Assembly (NCBI RefSeq): GCF_023055435.1
Contig: NW_025964013.1
Span: 3,534,001-3,598,000 of the forward strand
Direction of reading: 5' to 3'
DNA length: 64,000 bases
From: Haliotis rufescens
Taxonomy: Eukaryota
Below are positions 13,601 through 25,385 of this stretch, piece by piece; the stretch's first letter is position 1; every line of letters starts with the position of its first letter. The translations under genes were made by a program, and so were the position numbers. The notes under the pieces are model-generated. The model did no database searches. It saw nothing but the letters and a program-made list of their open reading frames with translations, and was not told where the DNA came from.

Positions 13601-14035
13601 TCGTCTGAGCAAGATTGGCATGCAGCTGTTTCATCTAGCACTAAATCCCAGAGTTACTCTCTTTACAAAATTTCATTTGGCTTAGAAAGCTATATCAAGG
13701 TAGTAAATGTTTCAAAATTCAGAGCTGCTCTTGCTCAGTTGAGATGCTCCTCCCATCGGCTGCGAATTGAGACCGGTCGATATATTAAGGAAATTAGAGA
13801 ACAGAGACTGTGTTTGATGTGTAACCAGAATTTTATTGAGGACGAATATCATTTTGTGCTTGTATGCAATGCTTATAATAATTTAAGAGCTGAATACATT
13901 CCTCCTAAATATTTTACAACCCCTTCTAAAAATAAATTTAATGCTCTTATGTCATCCACTAACTCTAAAATCATACGAAATCTAGCAGTCTACGTTTACA
14001 AAGCTTTTCGACCTCGTTCATTACATACAGTCTAA
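10640..14035 (+). pseudogene. LINE ORF2 (AP endonuclease plus reverse transcriptase), frameshifted
   Basis: EN motifs: FWNVNGL, GLCETW, GGDFNARTG, FDYAI. RT motifs: NYRGISLL, QAGFRKG, FVDFKKAFD, GLRQGC, LFADD. C-terminus SHRLRIETGRY...CLMC...EDEYHFVLVC. Broken near 11717-11840, 13046-13150 and 13600. Confidence 0.92.
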
Positions 14036-14539
14036 ATATTCATTTGTGTATATGCATGTGTATGAATGTGTATGGATATGGATGTATATGTAAACTAGTG
14101 GTAATTCTTTTTTCTCCCTCTCTCTGTAAATATTTCTGTGTAATAGGCCTACGGCCTAACACTTTTGTGAATAAACAATATATATAATATACAAGTCGCG
14201 CATATATAGTATATAAGTCGCGCAATATAAGGGGACATCGCATCTTGATTCAGTTGAAATAATGCAGACAATTACTTGGGAGTCTGGAAGGAGTTATAAT
14301 AAAACTGAATACGTAAGTCTTAAATTATCTGACAGGTAGTCAAAATCTGCAAAAAAGTATCTGCAGGAGGACAAAATTTTCCGGCAGGCCGACAGAAAAG
14401 TTAGCAGCCACGGGCAGGCGGGCAGGCAGTTATTTCGGACGCTGTGTCTGCTTGCACGGTCTGACCATTCACAAACACGTGGGCTAACGACAGCGTCACT
14501 GACACTACCGACACATTCAAACACATCTGGTTTATTGTC

Positions 14540-15690
14540 GGTAGCTCAAAATTGTAGTAGTATCTCACTCACCATGTTAACTGAAATGTCTTCACGTTTA
14601 TTAGTTTCATATATCTGACTTGGAGGTATCCTTTACGAGTTATCTCGTGTTACAACACCATGCTGTTCCCGCGCTTGTCCACCCGCACTTTCCTTTGAGG
14701 GCCTCGGTTTGGTTGTCGGGCGTTGTGGTCTGTGAGGGGATGGTATATCAGGTGTTTGAAGAGTATGACAAGTTTGTCAACAACACCTGGAATGATTTCC
14801 CTTTTAACTCTTTCCCACGACGTTTGACAGCGTCCCTCTCACGGGTGAACATAAACGTGGCGATGACAGGGCGGGGTCGCGGATCCTCACCCTGACGGGG
14901 TGGTTAGTTTTTCTTCCTGATTTACAATGAAAATGCACTTTATCACTTTCAAATTAAAGTTCATCCTGAATGACCTTCTGAGCAGATTTTCAGTTTCTTC
15001 CCAAGTTCCACCATCCCCGTCGACTCCACTCAGCTCTTTGATGTTTGTAAATATAACACTGTGTCTCCCATAGAGCTATTTGGTCGATTAGTGACTCTCT
15101 CAGTTCCAAATCTTCTTCGTCAATGCTTTTCAATTCACCCATTTGTTGTTTGAGGGATTGTACGTCCCCTTCTATTGTTTTCTGGTCATTTTCCCACTCG
15201 TCAAGACTATCACTGATACAGGTAGCATTGGCTTCAATGTAAGTAGCGCGATCTTTTATCTATTGTCTTGACTTTCAGTTCCAGATTCGCAATGTTGACT
15301 TTAATGTCACTTTCGTCCTTTTCTACCCTTATCAATGCTGTTGCATCCTGATTAAGTTGCTGTGCCTGGAGACGAATGTATTGTTTGTATCGCCCTTCAA
15401 CAGTATACGTCATATTCTGGTACAACGGGTTAGGTGTGAACAAAGTATATAAAGACTCACGCACTAAGCTTCCTTTTGTGTATCGACGTGGCACTCGAAT
15501 AGGAATGTCCCCTCTATTCGAATCACAAGAGTCATTTTGACGAAGTCCTTTTCTACTCTTATTTTCACTCATTTTGTGACATATTGTATTTCTCTTGTCG
15601 ATCTGTTGCATTAACAGCTCGCTGTACGTTTGGAATCTCGATCAGGACATTTGCAGTGAGAGCGATTCACAAACACGTCATCTTATTTCA
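14540..15690 (-). mobile_element. Possible degenerate LINE ORF1-like remnant
   Basis: Broken minus-strand coiled-coil-like reading frames (ESDIKVNIANLELKVKTIDK...). No intact ORF. Confidence 0.3.
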
Positions 15691-16170
15691 CGTTTCTATG
15701 GGTAATGATATCCCATCATACGATCCTTACACGCCTAAGGGAAGTAACTCGTCCACCTGAGCTTTATATTTTTCTTTGAGAGGTAAAATATCGAAACACA
15801 CTGTGCTACAACTCCCGTTCCCCGTATGTATTAATGCAATGTTTATTACTTTGATTTGATATGGATTAGACAGCTGTCTGTCGGTGTTGATCGGTCTGTG
15901 GTTGCTCTGAGATGGTATGCCGCAGTACATCATGAATGCCCAACCACGACAGATTACGAGGCGACCAGTCCTTGTTTTCCCCCTTAAAGCAGAGCGCCAG
16001 GGTAACATAACAACTACTTTTAACTCCCCCGGTTGGACGCAGCCAGGGCATCGAACAACCGACCTTACGGATTTTTGTCCTATCCACTAGACCTCGAGTT
16101 TAATTAACTAAAACCATCCATAGTCTATGTCAGTTCGGCTTCGCATTGGTAATTGATCAAGACCTTCACT

Positions 16171-16269
16171 CACAGGGCCACGGATAGCCATACTATATTG
16201 ACTGTACTGATTACATTAAAAAAATGTAATCAGTACAGTCAGTGTAGTATGGCTATCCGTGGCCCTGTG
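16171..16269. mobile_element. 99-bp foldback MITE with 8-bp TSD (hAT- or P-like)
   Basis: Near-perfect palindrome CACAGGGCCACGGATAGCC...GGCTATCCGTGGCCCTGTG, flanked by CCTTCACT at 16163-16170 and 16270-16277. Confidence 0.85.
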
Positions 16270-16582
16270 CCTTCACTGATTATAAGCTGATTGAGGGAAC
16301 TGAACTATTTGTGTTGGAATAAGTGGCGATCATACGATGTGACATGTCATCTAACGGTGTTATATAGCTGGGGTGATGCTCATGCGTCAATACACACTCA
16401 CGTTTTCAGTGAACTGTCCCTGATCCAGGTCAGTCAAGCCGGTATACGGGTCACTCGGTACAATACGATACTTCCGTGAAATGGCGAGAGGGATATGGGT
16501 CTTAGCATTCTCTTCGAGTTATACATTAACCAAAAGACATTATCATTTCTGTATTTTCAACGAAGATCGACTAACATTAAAT

Positions 16583-19175
16583 CGTGAAGTTTAGCCAGTG
16601 AAATATGATACTTTTTGTATGGTAAAAAGAAACACCGATTACTGATCCAGGGGGAGGTAACTCTTGTCAACCTTCTGCGAACATTAGTCAGTATTGTTCA
16701 CTAAGCAGGAAATATTTTTGTTTCAAAAACATCTCTCGATCTGTAATGAAATCAGTTATGAATCCACGTTACTAAGTAGGGAAAGATCGCAACTTGAGAG
16801 GGACACATATGGATGACAAGTTACCAACAAACCGACAAGACAGAAGGGGGTCCGGCCATGTTTGAGAACTAAAACATGGTGAACATTAGCATGTATTATT
16901 TTATTTTTTTTCTCATTTCATTTATTTAAAGAGCAAACCTCGACGTGTTCCAGTCTGTTTTACCATGAAATATACACATTCATGTAAATATATGAAGTAA
17001 TCAACGCCAGAGAATAACTATTCTCGATCGGCAGAACAGAATGGCTTGCCATTGGGCGTAAACAAAAATAGCGGTAAAAGTAAACTACTTCACTCTGCCG
17101 AATGTTAAGCTGCGTTGTATAATATTGCATTGATGCATTATCCGTTTATGTTTTCGGACAAATGTATGCAAACATCATCCAACCATAAATATTGACATAT
17201 TAATGATGTGTTTAGTATTACAATAGTACCATGAAATTGTGTAAACACGTGTATACAGTTGACACTGCAACATTTACCTCGAATAAATTATCTGCTTGCT
17301 ATCAAATACAAGAGGACATGTTGTTTCCTCATAGATAAGGGACTTTTCTAAGATAAGGGACCTTTCTTCACTTGTACTACGCTAGCCTGCGCTATCAGCT
17401 GGGATGTTTATTGTCATAGCCAGTCAAGAACTGGTATTGGCAACGAAGCAGGAAACTGAGTCACATTATCTGTACGGTACACGTGAGTGTGGAGTGTCAG
17501 TATTTACACAGCGTCGCGTATGAAGGATGGCTTCTGTATTTGTCTCCCCTGTAAAACCTGGTTGCTTTGTGTTAATGGTATTGATACTGATGAACCCGAG
17601 ATACACACACAGTACGACCAGCAATACTACCACAGGTGAGAAACAGTTTTCATATTGTGGGTTATCCCGTCTTGTGTATGAATGAGCACTTGTATAGGTG
17701 CGGGTGCAGGTGTATTTATTAGATTTCCTACTTAGATTTTGTACTCTGATGTGGATTATTTGTATTGGAGTTACATGCGATTTCAATAATTCACTCTGTT
17801 TCAAGAAAATGATTATTGAGCATGACAGTGTGTATACATATATTGTTCTGTCAAACTCGATATATCAGAATAATTATCGCATCTTTAAGTGCCATTTTCT
17901 ATTAAACCGTGAAGTTTAGCCAGTGAAATATGATACTATTTGTATGGTAAAAATAAACACTGATTACTCATCCAGGGGGAGGTAACTCTTGTCACCCTTC
18001 TGCAAACATTAGTCAGTATTGTTCACCAAGCAGGAATATTTAGTTTCAAAAATTTCTCTCGATCTGTAATGAAATCAGTTATGAATCCACGTTACTAAGT
18101 AGGGAAAGATCGCAACTTGATAGGGACACATATGGATGACAAGTTACCAACAAACCGACAAGACAGGAGGGGGTCCGGCCATGTTTGAGAACTAAAACAT
18201 GGTGAACATTAGCATGTATTATTTTAGTTTTTTTTCTCATTTCATTTATTTAAAGAGCAAACCTCGACATTTTCCAGTCTGTTTTATCATGAAATATACA
18301 CATTCATGTAAATATATGAAGTAATCAACGCCAGAGAATAACTATTCTCGATAGGCCGAACAGAATGGCTTGCCATTGGGCGTAAACACAAAATAGCGGT
18401 AAAAGTAAACTACTTCACTCTGCCGAATGTTAAGCTGCGTTGTATAATATTGCATTGATGCATTATCCGTTTATGTGTTCGGACAAATGTATGCAAACAT
18501 CATCCAACCATAAATATTGACATATTTATGATGTGTTTAGTATTACAATAGTACCATGAAAATGTGTAAACACGTGTATACAGTTTACACTGCAACATTT
18601 ACCTCGAATAAATTATCTGCTTGCTATCAAATACAAGAGGACATGTTGTTTCCTCATAGATAAGGGACTTTTCTAAGATAAGGGACCTTTCTTCACTTGT
18701 ACTACGCTTGCCTGCGCTATCAGCTGGGATGTTTATTGTCATAGCCAGTCATGAACTGGTATCAGTAACGAAGCAGGAAACTGAGTCACATTATCTCTAC
18801 GGTACACGTGAGTGTGGTGTCAGTATTTACACAGCGTCGCGTATGAAGGATGGCTTCTGTGTTCATCTCCCCTGTAAAACCTGGTAGCTTTGTGTTATTG
18901 GTACTGATACTGATGAACCCGAGCCACACACACAGTACTACCAGCAATACTACCACAGGTGAGAAACAGTTTTCATATTGTGGGTTATCTCGTCTTGTGT
19001 ATGAATGAGCACTTGTATAGGTGCGAGTGCAGGTGTATTTATTAGGTTTCCTACATAGAGTTTGTACTTTGATGTGGATTATTTGTATTGGAGTTACATG
19101 CGATTTCGATAATTCACTCTGTTTTAAGAAAATGATTATTGAGCATGACAGTGTGTATACATATATTGTTCTATC
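16583..19175 (+). repeat. Tandem duplication (about 1.32-kb unit) of promoter plus exon 1
   Basis: CGTGAAGTTTAGCCAGTGAAATATGATACT starts both units (about 16583 and 17908). Both units contain exon 1. Confidence 0.9.
17527..17635 (+). CDS. Duplicated signal-peptide exon 1 (alternative first exon of CTLD receptor 2)
   Basis: MASVFVSPVKPGCFVLMVLILMNPRYTHSTTSNTTT followed by a gtgag donor. Intact 109-nt phase-1 exon inside an approximately 1.3-kb tandem duplication. Confidence 0.65.
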
Positions 19176-22100
19176 AGAATAATTTTCGCATCTTCAAGTG
19201 CCATTTTCTACAATTTCTAGGCATGGCTAATAGTGTTAGTTTATAAGTGTGTTGACCCTTAACTATATAAAACGTCAACGCCAGAGAATAACCAGTCTCG
19301 ATTATCCGACGAAACAGATTCCATTGTGCGTGAACGGCAAAATAGCAATAAAAAGTGTATGAGTCTCTGAAACTGTGAATAAATTAACTGAGTCATGGAT
19401 TTGACATAATAAAACATGTTCAAATGTATTGGTAAAATATGTTTTTCACGTAACTAAAAAGATCCAATGCTATAAATGCTCGATGTAAAGAGTCACAACT
19501 CGCTGTGATTTGCATTCCTTATCCAAATCAGAATTCATTGCTACTTATAAACAGATTCTTTTCAATATAGGACATTATATAGTTTTGAATATGATCCCTG
19601 GTCCATCAGCACTATTCCCGTGATTGTGGTTATTATTTTTAAAATGTCAAAACGTCGATTACGGTTGTCAATATGGCGCAAAATTGTGAAAAGTAGCAGC
19701 TTTTGTCATTAGCGTCATTACAAGTGGTAGACTAGACAAACTGCATATCTTTAGTAAATTAAGGATGTTTGGCTCTCATTCTATGAAGGTTCATACTCTA
19801 ATAAACTCATACAACTTTTAAATGTTTTTCACATTTTGTTTACCTCAAAGGATTTAGGCCTAGATTTAAACACAAGTTTATTAAGTACGTGTGACATCAT
19901 GTTTACACTGACAGCCATACAACAACCAGCTGTATCGCGGAATAAAATAGTTCCTCAAAACAGAGGTGGCATGAGCGTATGTTTGCAGAACGTACTCTTC
20001 AGAAACATCTGACACAACACATGTATTCAAATAATATCACCATTAGATAAGGAAGGTCTCTCAAAATCTCCCTCAGTAAGTCAGTCACAATGACAGCGCG
20101 TCCTGAGCCGACACAATACACGTGATGGGAGCGATTTCGAAAGTCTAATGAACATGTGGCGGTTACATGTTTCAGTCATCATTGATCAATTGGCCGTTCA
20201 TTGAAGGGCGATTAAAGATGATCCAAATATACACTGAGTTCACTTCATAGATTACTGTGGACTGTCACTGTCAGCGTGGCCACGGATTGAGTCCATACTA
20301 CGATAGTTTGGATGTGCATTTCTTCGTTTTGCTCACTAGCATGGGTCATAGCAAGGCTAATAGTGAACGATCATGCAGTCAAGCTCTCTGACTTTTCTCA
20401 ATGGATGATAAAACTCTGAGTTCAAGATTAAAGGTCTAAATGATCAGTGAGAACGCTTCTGTATGTATTCGTGCTAGGGAAAACCCTGGGAATATGGAAG
20501 CAGTCCGTCAGTGTTTACGTCATTTCAAAAACACGGTCTTGTCCATACTCTTATGAACGTCAATTTCGCGATCATGTGACCGACTTATCATCCAATGTAA
20601 AAGCCGTATATGATGTAAACTTCAAATTAAAAAATATATATATGATATATATGTGTGATATATTGTAGTTACAGGCACAATCGATTTCACATTACAGGAT
20701 CTTCAACAAAGATTACAAAATACACGGCGACAAGTCCAAATTACAAAAACGGTAATACTTTCACTATCTGTTGTGAAAACAAATGTGTTATTGTCCTATT
20801 GTAAAGTTTTTAGAGTGCATATTACATCTGGACATTATTATTGTTATTCTCTTGAAAATGTTTCTTTACGAACTGTATTTGTTTCATTTCCTATGCAATT
20901 TTTGACCGAGTTATATAAGTATTTCATTTTATTAAATAGAATGAGTGAGTGAGTTGGGTTTAACGCCGTTTTTAACAGTATTCCAGTTAAATCGCGGCGT
21001 GTCAGATCAATGTGGGAGGAAAGCCCGGAGTGATATTTATTCCATTTTATTAAATAGATCCCATGCAATGTGTAGGTATATATGTAATCCATTTTATAAA
21101 ATAGATCCCATGCAATATGTGACCGAGGTATATATGTAATCCATTTTATTAAATAGATCCCATGCAATATGTGCCCCAGGTATATATGTATTCCGTTTTA
21201 TTAAATAGATCCCATGCAATATGTGACCCAGGTATATATGTATTCCATTTTATTAAATAGATACCATGCAATATGTGACCGAGGTATATATATATTCCAT
21301 TTTATTAAATAGATCCGATGCAATATGTGACCGAGGTATATATGTATTCCATTTTATTAAATAGATCCCATGCAATATATGACCGAGGTATATATGTATT
21401 CCATTTTATTAAATAGATCCGATGCAATATGTGACCGAGGTATATATGTATTCCATTTTATTAAATAGATCCCATGCAATATGTGACCGAGGTACGTAGG
21501 ACCAAGGAATACTCCTGAATATGACCCATATTTCGTCAGCACTATTCCCCTGCTTGTGGGCTGCAAAAATGTCAAAACGTCAACGACCGTCATATTTTTT
21601 TAACCTCTCCTCATAATTAAGCTTAATCCCTGTGACATAACTGATTAACACAATCAAATCACTGTTTAAGCTAAAGCGCTTACTCACTCACTATTTGACT
21701 CAGTCTATCCTGTTTTGATTAAGGTATGAATTATTTGTTGAACTAATGATATAATTGTTTCTCCTCAGACAACTTAACGTTTGAATCTTCCTGTGTTGCT
21801 CTCAATTGGTCGGCAGCGGTGACAAACTGCATCGACAACGATGCCGAGATATTCTCTGTAGAAGATTTAATTACATCCATCGGCAGCAATGTGTTGAAGA
21901 ATGCTACTGCTGAACACACCAAGATATGGATAAACATAAATGGTAATGTTGTGAACCTTGATCACCCGCCACTGCTTTTACTGAACCTTACTCTCCCTCA
22001 CTTCAAGCTTGTGACATGAGCTACAGTTCTACAATGTTGATTGCTACCCAGACAGAACAGCGAAACAGATTGACATTCAACTGACAATGGTTAATTATTG

Positions 22101-24529
22101 TTGAAAACATCCAATTGTTATAAACAGATATTACAATGGATGAACATCCACTGAATAATATTCTTAACCTAACAGATACCTGCTGGACATCTTTCAATGG
22201 GTCATTCGAGGGCGCCAACTGTAGTGACTCCAACTATTATGTCTGCACATCGAACACAAGTACCAGTAAGTATCTATGCCAGAGTGTATCTGTTGACATC
22301 ATAAATACTAGTACACAGGCAAGGGCGTATGGCAGTGAGTCGATTAGTGTACCCTTCTGAGTAAACAGCCTGCCATGGTCTCAAAGTGTTCGTATGAATA
22401 TACTCCAAGCTCAAATATGATGAGGATAACCTTGTCATCAACTCTCATGTTTACGAGGGTTGGACACGATCAGTGATATATGCATCTTGTCAAATGTGAA
22501 AGATGAGACAAAAGGCACGGTTTACACATTGATATATTGACATGTTTTGCGGCTGGCGTTACGTTACACAGCTCGACTTGACTAGTTACGTATGTAAAAT
22601 GGGTAACACTTCTGATGTAAGTTAATGGTACTATTTATGAGAAATAAGATATGTGTATTTAAAACAGATTTTCGCGCTTTCTACATAATTTGTATCTTAC
22701 ATTGACAGGTTCTGATTGGTACGTACCTTGTCGAAATGAAACCACGGATGCTTCCACGCAAGGTACATATCATGTATACAATTGTAGTTCCTCCATATCC
22801 AACCGGTGTTATGTCTTTTATGTAAAATGTACATTGATCGGCAGAAACGAATATTACTTGGCGATATGTGTTTTGTATTTATATACACATTAACGCCTCA
22901 ATGTTCGTGAAATAGTATTCAATCGGGTAAATGCTGAAATATGCCAAGGCATGTTAGAATATATCAGTAACATATTTTTGTAAACATGGATTACCATTTA
23001 CCTATTTTATCCTTGACAAGTACAAGTCTACATATCTGTTGATGCACGGCCGTGTACAGCTATAGAGACATACAATAAAGATATCTCACCTTTTGTATTC
23101 TTTAAACACAACTATCGATGGTATATTCTTGCCCTTCACACTCCTAGTGGGGGCACGGGTGGCCTAGTCTAAGGCACCGCAATTCGCTCTGCAATGTTGC
23201 GTCCCTTGGGCACTCCAGAAACTGATGATCGTAGGTTCGATTATGTTTCTATGTTTGTGAGCATTATACATGTGCTCGTGGGTTACACCTAAATGGTGAA
23301 CGTCTTAGACCTGGAACTCTTCGGGCTTTCTTCCGACATGAAGCTTATACACCGTGACGTTAAACCAATCTCTCACTCACACTTTCCCCTAATGAAAGCG
23401 CGAGAAGTAGCCTCGGAACGTCATATTTAGAGATTTGAGAGCTGATGTCCATAAATCTTGTATCTCGTTTATGTATCTTGACCTTGTTCATGTTTCTATA
23501 GTAACGCACATGCGTGGCAGTGTATATAGTTGTACTTGAACGTTGTATCCACACAGGATCTACAACATCAACACCACAGATTCAAACCACAACCCAGGGA
23601 TCAAACACAAAAGGTAACCCACATGACTGTAAAACTGAGTAATGGTACATTGCGCGCTTTATCATCGTGTAATCATAGTTTAGGTTGTGTGAATTACTGA
23701 CAACAGTATTTAATTAATGATTATGAACAATCATTACATGTTTTATTACATTTCTATGAAATTACTTATTAATAAAATAGTAAATATAGAGTAGCAAATT
23801 TATTCATATAGTCATATTCTTGTTTTACATAAAGACGTTGGTTGACGTTTAATAATAGTTTCACATGAACATAACCATGCATGTTTATATGTGTTCTCAG
23901 TTCTAATCATCGCTTCTGTGGTATGTGTGATAGTGGCTCTTGTTGCTGTGGTCATAATCTCAGGCTGTTATATCATTAAACGGTGAGATTTTTATTTTAA
24001 TCTAATCAAATGACCTATAATTATGTTAAAAATAGCGAGTATCGATCCGAAAAAAACGTCATCATCTCATTCACCCAAAACCCTCACCCCATCAGGTCAT
24101 TCCTATTCTCTCTATCTTCCCAGCTCTGTATATTATAGAAGGTTTGTTTCTGTATTCAGCAACAAGAAACCAATCAAGTACGCAGTGAGAACTGAGAGTG
24201 TTATGTATCACAGACAGCACCCGGATCCTGGTATAGTAGAAGAACCGCAGCTGGCAGATGTGCAGCTGGTATGTCCTACAGAAGCTGACGGTGGAAACAG
24301 TGGCATGAGTGAAAGGCAGGACGGTGAATATGACATTCTGTGTCGACCAGTGGGCAATGGAGGTAAAGTTGTCCCGTCAGACAGCACGGCCGTGTACAGC
24401 CATCTGTGTGCATCTAACGCAGCAGCTGGACCCCAGGAAGAAAACAATTATGACACCACCACGCTGCCACAGTATGACAGGAGGCCTGTTGACAGGATAT
24501 ATGACAGAATACATGTGCCTGACAATTAA
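18850..24529 (+). CDS. CTLD receptor 2 (paralog of receptor 1) with a longer multi-tyrosine tail; about 311 aa if the frameshifted exon 2 is skipped
   Basis: Exons 18850-18958 (alternative copy at 17527-17635), [20669-20751, 83 nt, frameshifted], 21769-21942, 22176-22265, 22709-22762, 23557-23613, TM 23901-23982 (VLIIASVVCVIVALVAVVIISGCYIIKR), tail 24160-24529 (YDIL, YSHL, YDTT, YDRI). AATAAA at about 24738. Confidence 0.8.
21030..21495. repeat. 52-bp minisatellite, about 9 copies
   Basis: Unit ATATATGTATTCCATTTTATTAAATAGATCCCATGCAATATGTGACCGAGGT. Absent from the paralogous intron of receptor 1. Confidence 0.9.
23149..23380 (+). mobile_element. SINE family 2, diverged
   Basis: GGGGGCACGGGTGGCCTAGTC head. 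Confidence 0.75.
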
Positions 24530-25125
24530 ATATACTCATATGTAGTAACGAAGGATATAAAAATCCCTGTTAGTGGTGGCAATAGATGAGTGCTTCTTTG
24601 TTCAGTTGATCATTGGTTATTGTATTTATTGGTAGCGCAATGATTGCGATACTGCCGACGTATTAGCTATACCTGTAACACTTTCGCCATACATCGTCAG
24701 TTTAGCAGTATGTCTGTTTCATGTATTTTCGACTGAAAATAAAACTTCCTCTCAATAGTATGACGGATTTAAACGATTATGTTTATGTCTATTAAAACAC
24801 AATAGAGCTAGGAAGTAGGAAATAATTTCTGATTGTTTTTCTTCCACGAACATGCTCTGATGTACATAGGATTACAATATACTTTCATATATGACATGCA
24901 AAATAGGTTTTAATAGGTTATCTGTGACTTCGTTGTAGATGTCAGTTCACAAATCACAAGACAAATGCAACATAAATGTTTCTGATATATTCATACACCC
25001 TTCCCTAAAAAATAGTAAGAGTTTTTGTTACTCTTGAAAATGTACTGATAATCATTGAGGAAGCTATGGTGTGCGAACACTTAACCAGTGCTGACAGCGC
25101 GATATATCCACAAACACATACAGAC

Positions 25126-25385
25126 TCGTGAAGATCTGGGGTAAAATACGTCTTCAGCAACCAATGCTTGCCGTAAAAGGCGACAATGCTTGTCGTAAGA
25201 ACCGACTAACGGAGAGGGTGGTCAGGCTCGCTGACTTGGTTGATTCACGTCATCGTATCCCAATTGAGTGGATCGACGCTCATGATGTCAATCACTGGAT
25301 TGTCTGGTCCATACTCGATTATTTACAGACCGCCGTCATAAAGCTGACATATTCTTGAGCAACAAACAAACAAACAACAAACACA
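25126..25385 (+). mobile_element. SINE family 3 (core TGCTTGTCGTAAGAGGCGACTAA, AAAC tail)
   Basis: Matches the 49141-49396 copy. Confidence 0.8.

Larger units (their letters stand above)
9811..14180 (+). mobile_element. 5'-truncated, inactivated non-LTR retrotransposon (APE-RT LINE with C-terminal CCHC motif; RTEX- or CR1/L2-group-like)
   Basis: Exact 17-bp TSD TATATAATATACAAGTC at 9794-9810 and 14181-14197. Contains ORF1 and ORF2 motifs. AATAAA at about 14170. Confidence 0.92.

Noticed and set aside
21030-21495. Same 52-bp period as the 35-38 kb array
   Set aside because: The unit sequences are unrelated, so the shared period is treated as coincidence.
24160-24529. Calling the receptor 2 tail a canonical ITIM tail
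   Set aside because: AVYSHL, GEYDIL and RIYDRI lack the strict S/I/V/L at position -2, so inhibitory function cannot be asserted from sequence.
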